Numbered from the stretch's first letter, positions 38,511-53,377 are shown. The stretch: DNA of 64,000 nucleotides from Octopus vulgaris (GCA_951406725.2 OX597823.1:65162001-65226000); one strand, 5' to 3'. Notes: a model not told the origin generated them from the sequence alone. Numbers and translations: made by a program.

Positions 38511-38543
38511 TATATGTATGTATGTATGTATGTACGTATATAC

Positions 38544-38594
<51 letters not shown>

Positions 38595-38775
38595 AAGGGA
38601 AAGTTTACGAAAATAAACAAAAGACGAAGGCAGGTGGTGTACAAAACAAACAGATGTGTTAGTATAGCGCTCAGGAATTGAAAAAGTCTTTTACATTTCG
38701 AGCCTACGCTCTTCTACATGGAGAGAAACAAGGAGAGAGAAAAAATGTGTGTAGTGGCTAACGATCTATCATGGC
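38595..38775 (-). mobile_element. Family P2 short element, internally deleted, with a partial hammerhead-like motif
   Basis: Highly similar to 59557-59750; contains TTTCGAGCCTACGCTCTTCTACA; embedded in (TA)n. Confidence 0.72.
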
Positions 38776-38780
38776 ATACG

Positions 38781-38811
<31 letters not shown>

Positions 38812-38983
38812 GCATATGTATAGATGTGTATATCTATATGTATATATATATAAATATATATACATATATGTAGTCTAGTGACTGTCACCAGTAAAACTAT
38901 AAAAGGTTAAATGTCTTAGTCGTACACAGAAAGAGAGAACCGAAATACTTCTAATGTTTTTCTTTCACTCCGATTGTTTGCAG

Positions 38984-39100
38984 GTTATAACCGTAATTCC
39001 CAGAAAGTATTTGCTGAGACCAAATGAAAGTGTGCTATTCCAGGTCCTATTCGTAGACCGAAGCTCGCCTGCATTCTATGAAATTCAGCTTGTCTGTAAG
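38984..39100 (+). CDS. CFAP65: Internal exon (117 bp, phase 0/0) of CFAP65-like gene
   Basis: Acceptor ttgtttgcag, donor AAG|gtaaag; encodes VITVIPRKYLLRPNESVLFQVLFVDRSSPAFYEIQLVCK, resembling recalled CFAP65 VSVSP..VAPEE..F.V..ASFYSADLVCK. Confidence 0.88.
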
Positions 39101-42100
39101 GTAAAGCGATTTCGACTATATTCATTAGCAATTGAAGAATTTAACATTTTCGTTGAAAAAAACAAAAGAGCGAACCCTATTCGTAAAATCGGATGAAATA
39201 TTTCTGTAATACTGTATTGCTTAAGAATTCATATACTTTCACTCTCCATTGATGAATATACAAGTGCCTATTTCATATGATTTATGGATCCTTAGACGGC
39301 TGACTATCCATGCATCCATGCATCCATCCATCCATCTACTTATCTAGCTTGCTAGGTAAGTAGATTTCTCTGATAGCGTTTAAGATGCTTATGTCATACC
39401 ATGAAATGTGTCCAGCGTGTTTACACCATTATGATAGCAAAGTGGTTGACTGAAGTACCTCAAAGTCTGAGCACCATTTCGTGCATTATTTGCATTGATG
39501 CTAGGTTAAAATCATATTTCGGGAAATACAAATATTTAAACAAATTGTCACAACAGACTTGAACTTGAAAATAATATGGAGCTGACTTATTTGTTAAATA
39601 TCCAAAACGAAAATTTTAAAGTACATTCTCGTATAACAATTGAAACTGCGTGTTAGAACAGATATCTTCTGGCACTATAGGTTAAACAAACTGAATGCGA
39701 TCAAATTTGAGCTACGTGACTAATGTTTGCTTGAATTAGTATGCTAACTATATTCCAAAAAAGGTTTCGCTTCTGTTTCAATGTTGAGTGTTTACTAATA
39801 CACAGTTAATACACAATAACATTAATTGCTATAAATGTAATCCAACCGGTTTACTCAAGACTGGAATACTGACCGTAAAACAGCCACGTTCTTAGAGCAG
39901 ACAGCACACTCCTTTCAACAGTTATTTGTATTAGACACATATTTTCCTTAATTGGTCATGGATATTACAAAGATCATCGTACCTTTGGCGGGAAGAGATC
40001 TTGGAATTTGCAATAGAATTGAGATATCTAATTTGGTTTCTTGCTTACTTATTTCAAAGTTGTCAAAATTTCCAATCTAAACATGTATAGCATTATTTCA
40101 TAATTTTTAGAAATCGCCAGCGTATATTGATAAAACATTTTATGAAAGGAGACATTTTCTTATAGATAAAAATAATTACAGTCTAGAGGAAAAACATGCT
40201 GTTTCTTTTTTTGTTTTTGCATAGAATGTTAGTAATTTAGCAATCAAGAGATAAAAGGGAAAATTAATTCTTCATATGACTATTTCTAGAGAACTCCAGC
40301 TTGGGAAGATGTATTAAACTAGCAAATAATTCCAGTTCGCTAGTCGTTTTCAGATATAGTCGTTTTCGTTGTTTACATTTTAGATGGATTTTGTTTTCGA
40401 AATTACTTCTAGAAATTTTCAAATGCGTTTTCCCTTAGCAGTCGAAGCTTTTGTAAGAGAGATAATCCTTTCTATGTAATATTTGGCGAGACTAGGAATT
40501 TAAGGAACAGTAAGAAAAAAATGAGCATAGAATTTAACCATGTAAATGATTTTTTTTGTTTACTTATTACGAAGTTTGTTAAATTTCGGGTTGGTCGTAA
40601 TCGTATGCAGCATTAAATATTTTTTTCTTAGAAATCGTCAGCGCAGTATATACTTTGAACTAATGTAAGCATATGTATGACTGTCAGCTGAAATGCCTCC
40701 AATTTATATTTTTAACACTGTTTTGTTGTATTCATGTTAACATTAGATATATCTTCCTGGTTCATTGCACCTAGATATAAAAAATCATTTAGTTTAAGTG
40801 TAAATGGTAGAAACATCATATAATTACTAATTGTGTTGTTACCTTTTAGTGCTGCTTTCAAATTCTGCAACAGGTATAGCTTTGTATTTATTTTGGAATT
40901 TTACAGTAACGGAACTGTGAAAGGGACACTTTTTTAACTGGCGCCTTTAAATAAAACGATCTTTAACAAGAGAATGTTGAGGTGCAATATATTTATTAGG
41001 TTAAAGTTTGCTATAACTGCACTAGATAAAATATAATCAGAGTAACCTTTGAAATAGTCTATCCTGTCAAGTAACTGCAGTATATCAAAACCTTTCTTCA
41101 AACTTGACACATTTAGAAACAATATTTTACGTAGTTCGTTAAATATTCAAAGGAGCTTCAACCATAATGACGAAATAGTAAACTTTGGTACTCAACTAAC
41201 ATCACAAAACTCAGATGAAAGATGTTTGCGTGTGTTTCAATTATCAATGCAGAAAAAAAGGCCAGACCGACTACTTCATGGTGATTCTTAATTCATTATC
41301 CCGACCCGATTTCTTTTGACATTGTCACAATTTTGCCTACGTCTTACTTCAAGAAATATACATATATATGTTTTATGTAGTCAGAGAAACTCCGATGTGC
41401 AGAATGCTAGAGACCCAGTATTAAATGCGTGATTTTTTATTTTAACTTGAATCCGTACCGTAGCAATAACTTTTACATTATCACACTTGAGTCGATAAAT
41501 ATAATCCCTCATCGATCCAGTCATCACCATCAATTTCTTACGCATCTGTATCCATTAGAATTTATATCATTTATAGATGCAGAATTATTTTTTTGCGTAT
41601 TTTGTATCAATAATTGAAACTATATTATGTTGATGCATGTGACGTAGCTCAGAAAGTAAACTGACTGAAAACCAGAGAGTGATGAAGTAATTGCATATAG
41701 TCACAGGCCAGTCTTGAAAAGATCTACGAAAACAAAAAAAAAGATTCCAGCCATGGCTATTTCATTTTATTGGAGACAATGCGTATCTTAATTTCAGGCT
41801 TTTCCTTTAACAAGATAGTATTTCCTTTTTCTTGTTCTGCTGACATGCAGTTAAATAGAGATTGCAATAACGGAATTTCACTTTACTTACGTTGGAATTA
41901 ATCTTGGTTAAAGCCCCGAAGCTGTGTTTGACAATTCTGCTCTTCTCAAAATAATGCCTCCGTGTCAAATCAAAGTAGAAACATTTGAATGGCGATAGCA
42001 ATAGAGCAGTAATTAAGCTCCTGACATGTGAAAACTTCAACATATTTTCAAACCACTTCTGAAGCCATTTCCATTCATTTAATCGGTTAAGCCCTCCGGG

Positions 42101-42589
42101 AAAAACATTGGTTACTATGCACCATGTCAACAAATCGATGAGCGATGAAGGAGCCAGCATTGAATCTCTAAATCATTTAGAAATAGTAACTAGACGACCG
42201 CTTAAATTACACTCGACCGTCAAGAAAATGGAAGGAAACAGTGGTTAATGTGATCTTGGATTAATAATACTCATGATGTCGCCATGGCTGGAAAACCTTT
42301 GATAATAAGTCTGCCACTCATAGTTCACACAAGTCTAGATAAAAACAATAACACAAGCGAGTCATTTAACTTAGCAGTGTTTTGGTAGGTAGAAATGTTG
42401 ACATTTAAGCTTTTGTTGTTATAATTACATTCCGTTTCATGTTAAAAATTTCCTGTAGGAAAATAAATACAAACTCTGTATATATTTTTATTTAGCACCA
42501 TTAAAATCGGTGATGATAAACAGAAAACACTGCTAGAGTAATTATTTCAATATGCGATGACCGCCTAATTGAAATTCGTTTATTCTTTT

Positions 42590-42712
42590 CTTTTTATTCT
42601 CCTCTCTCTCTCCTCATGAATCCTTTCTGTAGAAGAGCGTAGGCTTCAAACGTTCAGGAATTCTTCCAATTTTCCTGAGCGTCAAACTTAATACACCTTA
42701 TTTGTTTATTTT
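42590..42712 (+). mobile_element. Degenerate family P2 copy
   Basis: CCTTTCTGTAGAAGAGCGTAGGCTTCAAACGT..TTCCTGAGCGTCAAACTTAATACAC. Confidence 0.65.
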
Positions 42713-43168
42713 TTTATGCGAGCGTTTAATTTCAGTTTATATAGCTAAGGGAAAATATTAGTCACACGATGTCTGCAATAAAGATGGAATAGCTATGGCT
42801 GGAAGCTCTTTTTGATCATAGATCTCTCAACGTCAGAATGAAATATCATTGTAAATAACATTATTTAGCACGCCACTCCAGCAAAAGATTTGTCCTCCAA
42901 TTGGTTGTCGTTGTTCGCAATAGACATCACACACACACACACAAAAAAACAAAACAGAATGACAAAATATATTTAGGTGATTGCAATCAATGATTTTTAA
43001 TAGGAATAGAAGAGAAACAATATCTTGGAAGAATCACAAAATGGGCATGACCCAATCTCTATTCCTTCAATAGTCTTTGTTATCTTCAGACAAGCTTCTT
43101 TTATTGTGTTATTGAGATTCTGTCTAAAAACGTATGAGTGGTTCTATTTCTCTCTCCCTATCTCTCCC

Positions 43169-43169
<1 letters not shown>

Positions 43170-43250
<81 letters not shown>

Positions 43251-43251
43251 G

Positions 43252-43321
<70 letters not shown>

Positions 43322-43337
43322 ATCTGCTTGGTCTGTA

Positions 43338-43396
<59 letters not shown>

Positions 43397-43438
43397 TTAT
43401 TTACCTACCTACCTACCTACCTATCTATCTATCTATCT
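43170..43438. repeat. (TATC)n/(TA)n/(TGTC)n/(TACC)n compound microsatellite
   Basis: Directly visible; source of the SIYL-repeat ORFs. Confidence 0.95.
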
Positions 43439-43439
43439 T

Positions 43440-43590
43440 TACATTCTGAGTTCAAATTCTGCCGAGCTCGACTTTTTTTATCTATCCTTTCGGGATCGAT
43501 GAAATAAGTATCTGTTGAGGAGAGGAGAAAATCTAATCGATTTAGCCCCTTCCTCGAAAATTCTGGCCTTGGACCAAAATTTGAAACCAG
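43440..43590 (+). mobile_element. SINE family B, 5'-truncated
   Basis: TTCTGAGTTCAAATTCTGCCGAGCTCGACTTT..ATCCTTTCGGGATCGATGAAATAAGTA..CCAAAATTTGAAACCA. Confidence 0.75.
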
Positions 43591-44681
43591 TATATATTAA
43601 AAGAGAGAGAGAGAAGATGAGAGAGTGAGAGAGAGAAAGAGAGAAAGGGAGGAAGGGAGAGAGAAAGAGAGCGGGAGAGAATGTCGCTATCTTCGTTGCG
43701 TGTCAGCCCTGTAAAAGGCTAATGGATGTTCATGACAGACAGATTTTTAGAGCTTGAAAAACAATGAAAAATTTTCGGACGATGTCTTATGATGCAAAGA
43801 ATGTAGAATCACCAACTAAAACTATGTTTACTGTCTCATTGTGTCAATGTCAGTTGCACGACTTATCCTGTCACGATAACCATTCTGTAGCATATAAAAA
43901 CATGTCACATGTGAAGTGGGTGCTAATCCTACACGTATTATTTTCATTTAGCCAAACCTACTGTAACGCGTAGATGTAAAGATCTATTACGTCCGCAGTG
44001 CTAATCAGCGCGCTAGCATTTATGTAGACCACCTAACAACAAGGGGAGTTGGGAACTGTTTAACGTCTTAACCGAACTGCGATCTTGACCTTGAGATTCC
44101 AGTGGCGAAACTATTACTGGCACCATCAAGCTGTTGCAGTTCTTAGCAACTACTGAATATGTATGCGTATAATATATATATATGCGAGCAAAACGCCACC
44201 CCCCCCCGTCCAATAGACGGTGCTGAGCTGTCAAACATTTAAACCAAATTTTCTCAAGACAACTTGTCCGTCCGACCGTCCCACAGGCCTCTCCTTTGAG
44301 AAACACTGATTTAACCTAAATTTGAGACACCAGCAAAAGAAGAGATAAAGATAGACTTTTTCTATCCCAAAGAAAAACGAATTTTATTTACACAAATATG
44401 CAACCGAAGAGTTTAAAGTACCAGTAATGATAAGGCTGTTGACTGGGAGAACACAAACATGGTTTAAATAGTAAGCTTGGCAGGAAAGGAACGAAATGTC
44501 AAAACCGCTTTCTTTTTACCAAGGGTCAAGCTATTACATTCCTTGTGCACGTCCTCTTGTAGTCTGTTGATTTTATCATTTGTTTATTTCAATTGATTGT
44601 TTAACTGAATCGACCATTCTTTTATTTTTTTACTTGTTTCAGTCATTTGACTGCAGCCATGTTGGAGCACCGCCTATATAT

Positions 44682-44900
44682 ATGGCAGAATCGTTAGCTC
44701 GCCGGGCGAAATGCTTAGCAGTATTTCGTCTGCCGCTACGTTCTGAGTTCAAATTCCACCGAGGTCGACTTTGCCTTTCATCCTTTCGGGGTCGATTAAA
44801 TAAGTACCAGTTATGCACTGGGGTCGATATAATCGACTTAATCCGTTTGTCGGTCCTTGTTTGTCCCCTCTGTGTTTAGCCCCTTGTGGGCAGTAAAGAA
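44682..44900 (+). mobile_element. SINE family B
   Basis: A box TGGCAGAATCGTTAG, B box GAGTTCAAATTCC, GCCTTTCATCCTTTCGGGGTCGAT domain, tail TTTAGCCCCTTGTGGGCAGTAAAGAA. Confidence 0.9.
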
Positions 44901-44942
44901 GTATATATATATATATATACAGAGAGAGAGAGAGAGAGAAAT

Positions 44943-45476
44943 GAGGCAGTCAGAATTTTGGATAATTCTTTATCAGCGCTTTCGTTCGTTTATCGAACTC
45001 ATCAAGACAAAATCAAAATGATGAAATCAGAACGTTTCGTTGTTCATTCAGTGAAACGGATGTTTTTTTTGTTTTCTTTGCTTAGAAGAAGAGAAAAATA
45101 TTTTTCATTTTTTGAAAAAAAGTGAGAAAGAGAGAAAGAAAATAAAGAAGAGGAAGAAAAATAGACGGAGAGAGAGATCCTGGACCCTCCCCTCTCTCTC
45201 TGTCTATTTTTCTCCCCCATCTTTGCTTTTCTTTCTCTCTTTCTTCCTGTCCTGAAATCTCTCTCTCTCTCTCTCTGTCTATTTTTCTCCCCTGTCATTG
45301 CTTTTCTGTCCCTCTTCCCCTCTTTTTGTAAGAAAATGATAAATATTTACTCCTCTTCTAAATGATTCATATAAATGAACAACGAAACGTTCTGTTTTTA
45401 CCAATTCGATTTAGTCTTGAGTTTGATAAACGAACGAAAGCGCTAATAAAGATTTATCCAAAATTCTGACAGCCTC
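44943..45476. mobile_element. About 535-bp foldback element/MITE with long imperfect inverted arms
   Basis: GAGGCAGTCAGAATTTTGGATAATTCTTTATCAGCGCTTTCGTTCGTTTATC at the left mirrors GATAAACGAACGAAAGCGCTAATAAAGATTTATCCAAAATTCTGACAGCCTC at the right; complementarity continues toward the centre. Confidence 0.85.
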
Positions 45477-46891
45477 CTTTTTCTCAATATACAATATCTG
45501 TACACCACTTCAAACACTACACACACACACACTTTTTTCTGTTCTACTAAATTCTACCACTCCTGATATGGGATTCTAGAATAAAGTGATAGAGTATCTC
45601 ATTGATTTACTCTTTTATCTTGTACTTGCTTGAAATGAGGATAATCTTCATTCGAATAATAACCTTGGTTTAGCCGATATTATTATTTTTTTTCTTTGAA
45701 GACATATAAGATGAAAAGCTGAAGTAGATTTGCTAGCATTATAAAAATATATTCAATGCATCATCTGTATAATTTACGTACTCTGTCAAATTAAAATTTT
45801 AGACAACATATCTATGAACCCGCTTATGTATGATTTCACAAGAACTAAAGAAAAAGAAAAGAAAAAAATGGACAGTTAGGAAATAATGCAATGCAAATTA
45901 TTTGTCAGTTGTAATTAATTGCTGGATGAAAAAAAAATATATTCATTAACGGCTTATCTATATGTGTGAAAAATGCTTTATAATCATTTGAAAGAAAGAC
46001 TCTGTATTTGATCTGAATATTAAATTTTTTCACCCCTGTGGTCTGCTGACAGAGTAAATTCAGTTATTAGATAAACTAATTGTCTATAGTGTTATTGTTG
46101 TTGTTGTTGAGTGTATGCAAACTAAACGTAGCGGTTCTGGTTATTACATATTGATATATCTATGGTAAAATGTAGATTTATGAATGAAAAGATTTTCTTT
46201 ACAAATGTCAATTCATTTTGGATTTTCTTTTTATTTCTTGACAATTAATAATTCTTCTGTATATGCCGAATCAGCTTAAATTATTGTTCCAATTAGAGTT
46301 AATTTCAAACCGCGTTAATATTACTTATTAAAAAGCCAGTAAGCTGTCAGATTCGTTACCCAGCAGGACGATAATATCTTAGCGGGATTTCGTCAGTTTT
46401 TGTTTTAAGCTCTTATTCAGCCGAGGTTGACTTTGCTTTCCTTATGTCGCAGTCACTGGGTTCCTCAACTTGCTAGCTGTGTACCAAAATTTGAAAACAA
46501 TATTAATCATTCAAATGAAGCGTTTAGTTGGCTAGATGTTTATCGCACACGGCAAATGTCACCGAGCAAAGCACCTTATGCCGATTGACTATGCACTACT
46601 ATATATCACCCTGAATTTTCACACAGACACATACAGACACACATTACACACATTAGAATGTGTGTGTGTGTGTGTGTATGTCTGTAACGTTCTCGCTATC
46701 TCCCTTTGACAGAGTACGTAAATTATACAAATGATCCGATGAATTAAGAAGCTGTGACGAGTGACAGTTCTGTAAAAAATAATAATATTTCATGTGCTTA
46801 AATCATATAAGCGATCGCCGTTTATTGAATAAAGAAAATAGTATAACATTGGGGCGTATAAGCCCTTGACAGAAAAATGTGGGATTTGAAC

Positions 46892-47250
46892 GCGGCGAGC
46901 TGGCAGAAACGTTAGCACTCTGGCGAAAAGCTTAGCAGTATTTCGTCTGCCGCTACGTTCTGAGTTCAAATTCCGCCGAGGTCGACTTTGCCTTTTATCC
47001 GTTCGGGATCGATAAATTAAGTACCAGTTACGCACTGGGGTCAAGTAATCGACTTAATCCGTGTGTTTGTTCTTGTTTGTCCCCTCTGTGTTTAGCCCCC
47101 TGTGTGTAATAAAGAAATAGGTAATTCGTCTGCCGTTATGTTTTGAGTTCAAATTACGCCGAGCTCGACTTTGCCTTTCATCCGCACTGTGGTCGATGTA
47201 ATCGACTCAATCCCGTTGTCTGTCCATGTTTGTCCCCTTGTAGGCAATAA
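46892..47250 (+). mobile_element. SINE family B with a tandem partial second unit
   Basis: Full head GCGGCGAGCTGGCAGAAACGTTAGC; a second unit restarts at about 47121 (GTAATTCGTCTGCCG). Confidence 0.9.
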
Positions 47251-47282
47251 TGGAATTAGAAAAATGTGGGGTTTTTGTACGT

Positions 47283-47326
<44 letters not shown>

Positions 47327-47649
47327 TAGAGAGAGAGAGAGAGAGAGATTGTGAGAGAAATAGATAGATAAATAGATAGACTGATACAAGTCCGCAGTAC
47401 CCACTGTAACGCTGGTGCTAAGAAAGCCACCCAGCTCAAGAAACCTGCTATAATGGGCAATAAACAACGACGCTGTCCCTGGACACATCGGATTGTCTCA
47501 AATCATTAAGTACGTATCAGTCTGGTAAAAGAACGTTGAATGATGATGATGATGTTGCTGGTGATGATATTGTATGTGCATTTATGAGCGTTTGTATGCT
47601 ATTCAAATAACGCTTTCAATAGTTTTGCTTTTCGTCAGATTATTTATAT

Positions 47650-47673
47650 TCATACACATACACACACACACAC

Positions 47674-47737
<64 letters not shown>

Positions 47738-47775
47738 ATGTATATATATATATATGTATATGAATATATAGAAAT

Positions 47776-47811
<36 letters not shown>

Positions 47812-47845
47812 CATACATACATATATATATGTATATAATATATAT

Positions 47846-47926
<81 letters not shown>
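47650..47926. repeat. Long (TA)n/(TG)n microsatellite
   Basis: Directly visible. Confidence 0.95.
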
Positions 47927-47928
<2 letters not shown>

Positions 47929-48413
47929 TTGTCTATGTTGTCTACCATATCAATAAACAAAGTTAACCAATTTTCTCATACAGTTTTTGATTTAAATTGT
48001 ATTGATTAAATATCCTTAATATAGGTGAAAGCATTATGCTACAAAATCTGTTTTCTCTTACGCAGTACAAAGAGACAATATTATTCATTTCGTTTCCGTA
48101 ATATGATTTGTATTACCATATAAAACACAGGAAACTGTGTACAAATCACAATATAAACACAGGTCAAAAATATTCAATTACCTACGAAGAGAAAGGAAGC
48201 GAAAAACGTTTTTAATGCAATCTTATATTTATTACAAAATTTGACAATTATTATGACTTATATGCAATATAGAAATAATATTTATTGAATAACACCACTA
48301 GATTTGTTCGTATATATATATATATATATATGCTTTTAGATTAATATTCATAGGTATGTATGATTGCACGTATGTTTCTTTATATATGTATATGTATGTA
48401 TATCTATCTACAA

Positions 48414-48468
<55 letters not shown>

Positions 48469-48875
48469 GAATGTTTCAAAAAAAGATGGGTAAATGTAGC
48501 AAGGAAGGCACGTATGAATGACGAAGCCACCTTGAGCATAATCCTATGAACCCGGAAAAAATTAAAACAGAGAGTTACTTACTTGCAAACAAATATGTTA
48601 ACATGTGACATTAATGACCGAGGTGACCGTGGTCTCTTCTGTAGGCTTTTCTTTCCACTGATAAACCTATCTGCTTCCCCCTTGCACTTTACATCATGAC
48701 ATTTCTGTGATACACGATCCCTATTGATCGTTTTTTTTCTTTTCTTTTTTTAAAATTTTTTTGTCCTTTTTACGATCCCTTTTGATTGAATACCTACTCC
48801 ACTTTTTTCTCCCCCAAAAGAAAATCTCTTCTTTGTCCCGTCTGTGTTAAGCCCTGTGGGGCTAATAAAGAAACA

Positions 48876-49404
<529 letters not shown>

Positions 49405-50445
49405 ACACAGAAAATTAATAGAATCGTAGTATCAAACTGTTATGAATGTGAATATGAACTTCAATCAAGTGAAAGGTAGTACCCAATACAAAACTGTGAA
49501 GAGTAGAATATTATCTATTCAGAGTTACTTGGAATTTCTCGTTATTGGTCTTCAGGCTATACATTATAGCTTGCATTTAGCTTATTTCACATTGTTCAGG
49601 TTCCCCTAGAATGAGCTAGAAGATATATTATGTATGATAATGGAGAATTTACGCAATTTCTGTATAAATAAGAAAACCAAACCTATAGACTTTTCTATAT
49701 GTAAAAAAAGGTTTTTATTTTGAAACACCTCTTTTCTCCCTAAAATTCAAGAGTTAAGGCAGCTACCTTCCTCTTTGCACGGGCCCCTGACTAGTGGAAG
49801 AAAAGCTGGAAATTATCATGTAAGAGGAAACCTGACCTGCATGCTTAGAACAGAATATGTTTTGCTAAAGGCACTCGCGAGGTCATTGATTGTCTCAAAA
49901 AGAACTGCAGGTTTACTAAACAAGCACACCATTGTAGGGATTGAATTTAAACCAATCAATAAAAAATACATGAAAATATATTTTAAAATGTATGTTCTGG
50001 AGTGAGTAGAGAGTGGAGTTACTCCTTAATTACCATCACTTCCAGGTTTATTCTGATTCAGAATGGGAGTACCATTCAGAGTCCCATCTATATATGAAAT
50101 AGGTTTTTCAGGAATAGAGGTGGTTTCTATTAGTTTTGTCAAAGCCGTGGAGTAAGCAGCTCCTCTTGCAGAAAGACTCTGACAAAACGTGCAGTTAAAA
50201 TAGTACCAGTCATCATGCAATGCTTGTCACTAGATCGTAGTATGGCGATAGAAAGGATGGCAAAAGCGTGGTACAAAGTTTTGTCACTTAAATCCATTGA
50301 TGAACAGATGTCACGCTATCATTTAATTTTCTTATCTGCTTTGTAATTTGTAAAGTCATAAGGCGATAAACGGTGGCTGAAAATCAATTTCGTGCACATA
50401 CAAGCATGCAAGAAAATCAGAGCTATCAAGCTGTGTATGATAGAC

Positions 50446-50571
<126 letters not shown>

Positions 50572-50917
50572 AAACCTTTAAATCTCCCGCACCATGAAAT
50601 AAACTACAATTACAATAATGTCTCCATGTCTATCTACTGGTTGCATTTCCATAAATTTTGTACAGTCCATTTGCTAATTATGAACGCTGCATCTATTACG
50701 TTATTCCGAGCTCCCAGAATCTGTAGTCGAGTTGAGTCTTCTGTAATTTTTATACTCCATGTAAAAGTAAATTTATTTGTCAATATATATCAATATCTAT
50801 GTACTTGTACATGTAATTGTTAAGTACCCCACCCGTGAGGGATCGATGCTTGTTGGGCCGAAAGAATTCTCCTATCTTCCATCTTCCGTCTCTCTCATTA
50901 ACCATATATATATATAT

Positions 50918-51185
50918 GGAAAAAAGTCAAGGTAGAAAATGCTAAAATAATTTTATAAAAAACATTTGAGTACCGGTTCCAGTTATTGAGACATTTTCAA
51001 CTGTAAGTATGGAAGACAATTAAATTTGGAAAAATTAAAAGAAAAGTTTTCTTCAAAGGATATTTGTATAGTGTTCAAATACAAGTGGCATTTTCCTTGT
51101 TTCTGCCTGTCTCTCTTGTTTACTCTTGTGGGTTCGAGGTCATAGCGAATTCTTGGTAGGGAAGAAGAAGAAGAAGAAGAAGAAG

Positions 51186-51217
<32 letters not shown>

Positions 51218-51680
51218 GAAGAAGAAGAATCTGGGTGTGCCATGTAATTGTTCAATTCATGAAACATCTCTTTTGAATGTTTTGTTTATAAAATTTGCGT
51301 AGGTGTTATTGTAAACAGCAATGGTGGTAAAGTTTGGAAGGAGAAGGAAGGAGACAAAGAAGAAGAAAGAGAAGGGAGAATAAGAAGGAATGTAGGTAGT
51401 GTGAAAGTAGTAAGGTGTTGAATGTTCAAATGACTTAAAATTGCCACTTAATGGATTATAGCAGTCATTGGGACTTATTTTTAATGAATTCTTGGGAATC
51501 TCTTGAGGGTATCATTTTAAATATTTGCGTGTGCATCTGTGTTATTCTAAGGCCATGGTGGATATGTCGTTTGTCGTAGACGCGTGCAAAATGGGTCTGT
51601 ATTTTGTAATAAAGAGAGTCTCTTTACTAATTCGTTGGCTCTAGGTTGTATCGTTCCTGAATTGGTCGAATTGGAACTCT
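50918..51680 (-). mobile_element. 3' fragment of a Penelope-like element: GIY-YIG endonuclease C-terminal remnant plus terminal repeat with a hammerhead-like motif
   Basis: Minus strand about 51670-51580 reads FDQFRNDTT*SQRISKETLFITKYRPILH (RxxKExxFIxKxxPxLN pattern); degenerate motif cag-TTGAAAA-tgtc tcaat aact-GGA-ACCGGT-A at 50968-51003; ends at (TA)n; internal (GAA)n at 51161-51229. Confidence 0.65.
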
Positions 51681-52575
51681 GATCCCTCAATTAAATTAAC
51701 CCATATTCCACAGTTGGGTCTTCTGCTAATACTGCTATTACGGCCAACGATTCTAGTCAATGCACAAGACAGCCATTATGCACCCCACCACACAAAACGC
51801 CACCACGTGGACTCTGTTGAGACTGGTAAAAAGCAATTATAAAACTTTTTATTACACTTTTAAAAATATTTTTGATAAGGTTCGTTTTTTTCTAGAACCG
51901 AACATTTAATATCTCTAAGAAAATTATAATTTATCTTATATAGTGGCGTTTTCAAACTTCTTATGTATATATATATATATATATATCAAGCCGAATCCGA
52001 TTCGTGTATATCTGCATCACTATCCCTATATCAACTCACCTGGTTTACTCTTATGGCCACTGTTGATCTAATCCTCGATAAAGGCTTTGGGGTTTAAGTT
52101 CAAATCATTTCAGCATTACTACGTGTTCTCTATATTTATCATCTCTAGACCTCGCTTGTATATGCAAACATGTACACATACACACTCGCTAACACACAGA
52201 CACAAACACACATGCACACAGGCGCACACGCACACACGTACATACGCACATTGCGATAACGTTGTAATACCTTATTGTATTTCCTCCTTTGGAATCTGAC
52301 AATAGCGATTCTGATATCGGCCTGAAGCTGTGACAACAATTCTCTTTCACTAATTTGCAAACTTTATGCTGTGCAGAAAACAGACACACGTGCACGAATA
52401 CATGTTAATAATAGAAAAGTTACTTACTCAGGTGAAAAGGAATTTTGACGATGTAGATAAATGGATTCAAAGACATACCATGCCTTCCAAACTAAGAGAC
52501 CCTGTACACACATACACACACACATGTATTCGTGAGTCAGGCATGTGTGTGTGTATGTGTGTGTATACTTACATA

Positions 52576-52762
52576 CGCGGAGGTGCTGAAAGGTTCCTGG
52601 CCTTGATAAAATAAAATACTGGAACATCAGTTAATTAAAATTCACACACTTATTGCAGCGGTTCTTCGTTTTTCTAGATCCTCTAAAACAACTCTCAATG
52701 CTGGGCCTCCAACCAGGCATTCCATGATGCCTTTAAAGCCAGGGATTTTTCAGCACACCCTC

Positions 52763-52763
<1 letters not shown>
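52576..52763. mobile_element. About 190-bp mariner-type MITE
   Basis: Left CGCGGAGGTGCTGAAAGGTTCCTGGCCTT; reverse complement of right CGAGGGTGTGCTGAAAAATCCCTGGCTTT; TA flanks. Confidence 0.8.
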
Positions 52764-52819
<56 letters not shown>

Positions 52820-52970
52820 ACGTTGTTAGTATATAGCATTATTGACGAACGAATCTCCCACTTCTATACAATAAGTAATAATACAAAAATACAACTTAGA
52901 TCAAGTGCATCTAAGTAAGAATTATATTATTATTGTTATTATTATTATTATTATCATCACCATATAAGAT

Positions 52971-53350
52971 GGCGAGCTGGCAGAATCGTTAGCACGCTGG
53001 GCGAAATGCTTAGCGGTTCTGAGTTCAAATTCCGCCGAGGTCAACTCTGCTTTTCATCCTTTCGGAGTCGATCAAATAAGTATCAGTTACGCACTGGAGT
53101 CGATATAATCGACTTAATCCGTGTCTGTCCTTGTTTGTCTCCTCTGTGTGTAGCCCCTTGTGGGCAGTAAAGAAATAGGTATGTTGTCTACCGCTACGTC
53201 CTGAGTTCAAATTTTGCCAAGGTCGACTTTGAATTTCATCCTTTCGGGGTTGATTAATAATGTACCAGTTGCATACTACGGTCGATCTAATCAACTGGCA
53301 CTTCACGAAAAAGATTTCAGGCTGTGTGCCTTTAGTAGAAAGGATGATTA
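52971..53350 (+). mobile_element. SINE family B with a tandem partial second unit
   Basis: Head GGCGAGCTGGCAGAATCGTTAGC; a second unit restarts after AAAGAAATAG at about 53179. Confidence 0.88.
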
Positions 53351-53377
53351 CTCGCATCAACATGATCATCGTCTCTC

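Noticed and set aside
47606-47641. Minus-strand CTGACGA..GAAAGCGTTA
   Set aside because: Helices are short and bulged and helix III is not palindromic; too weak to call.
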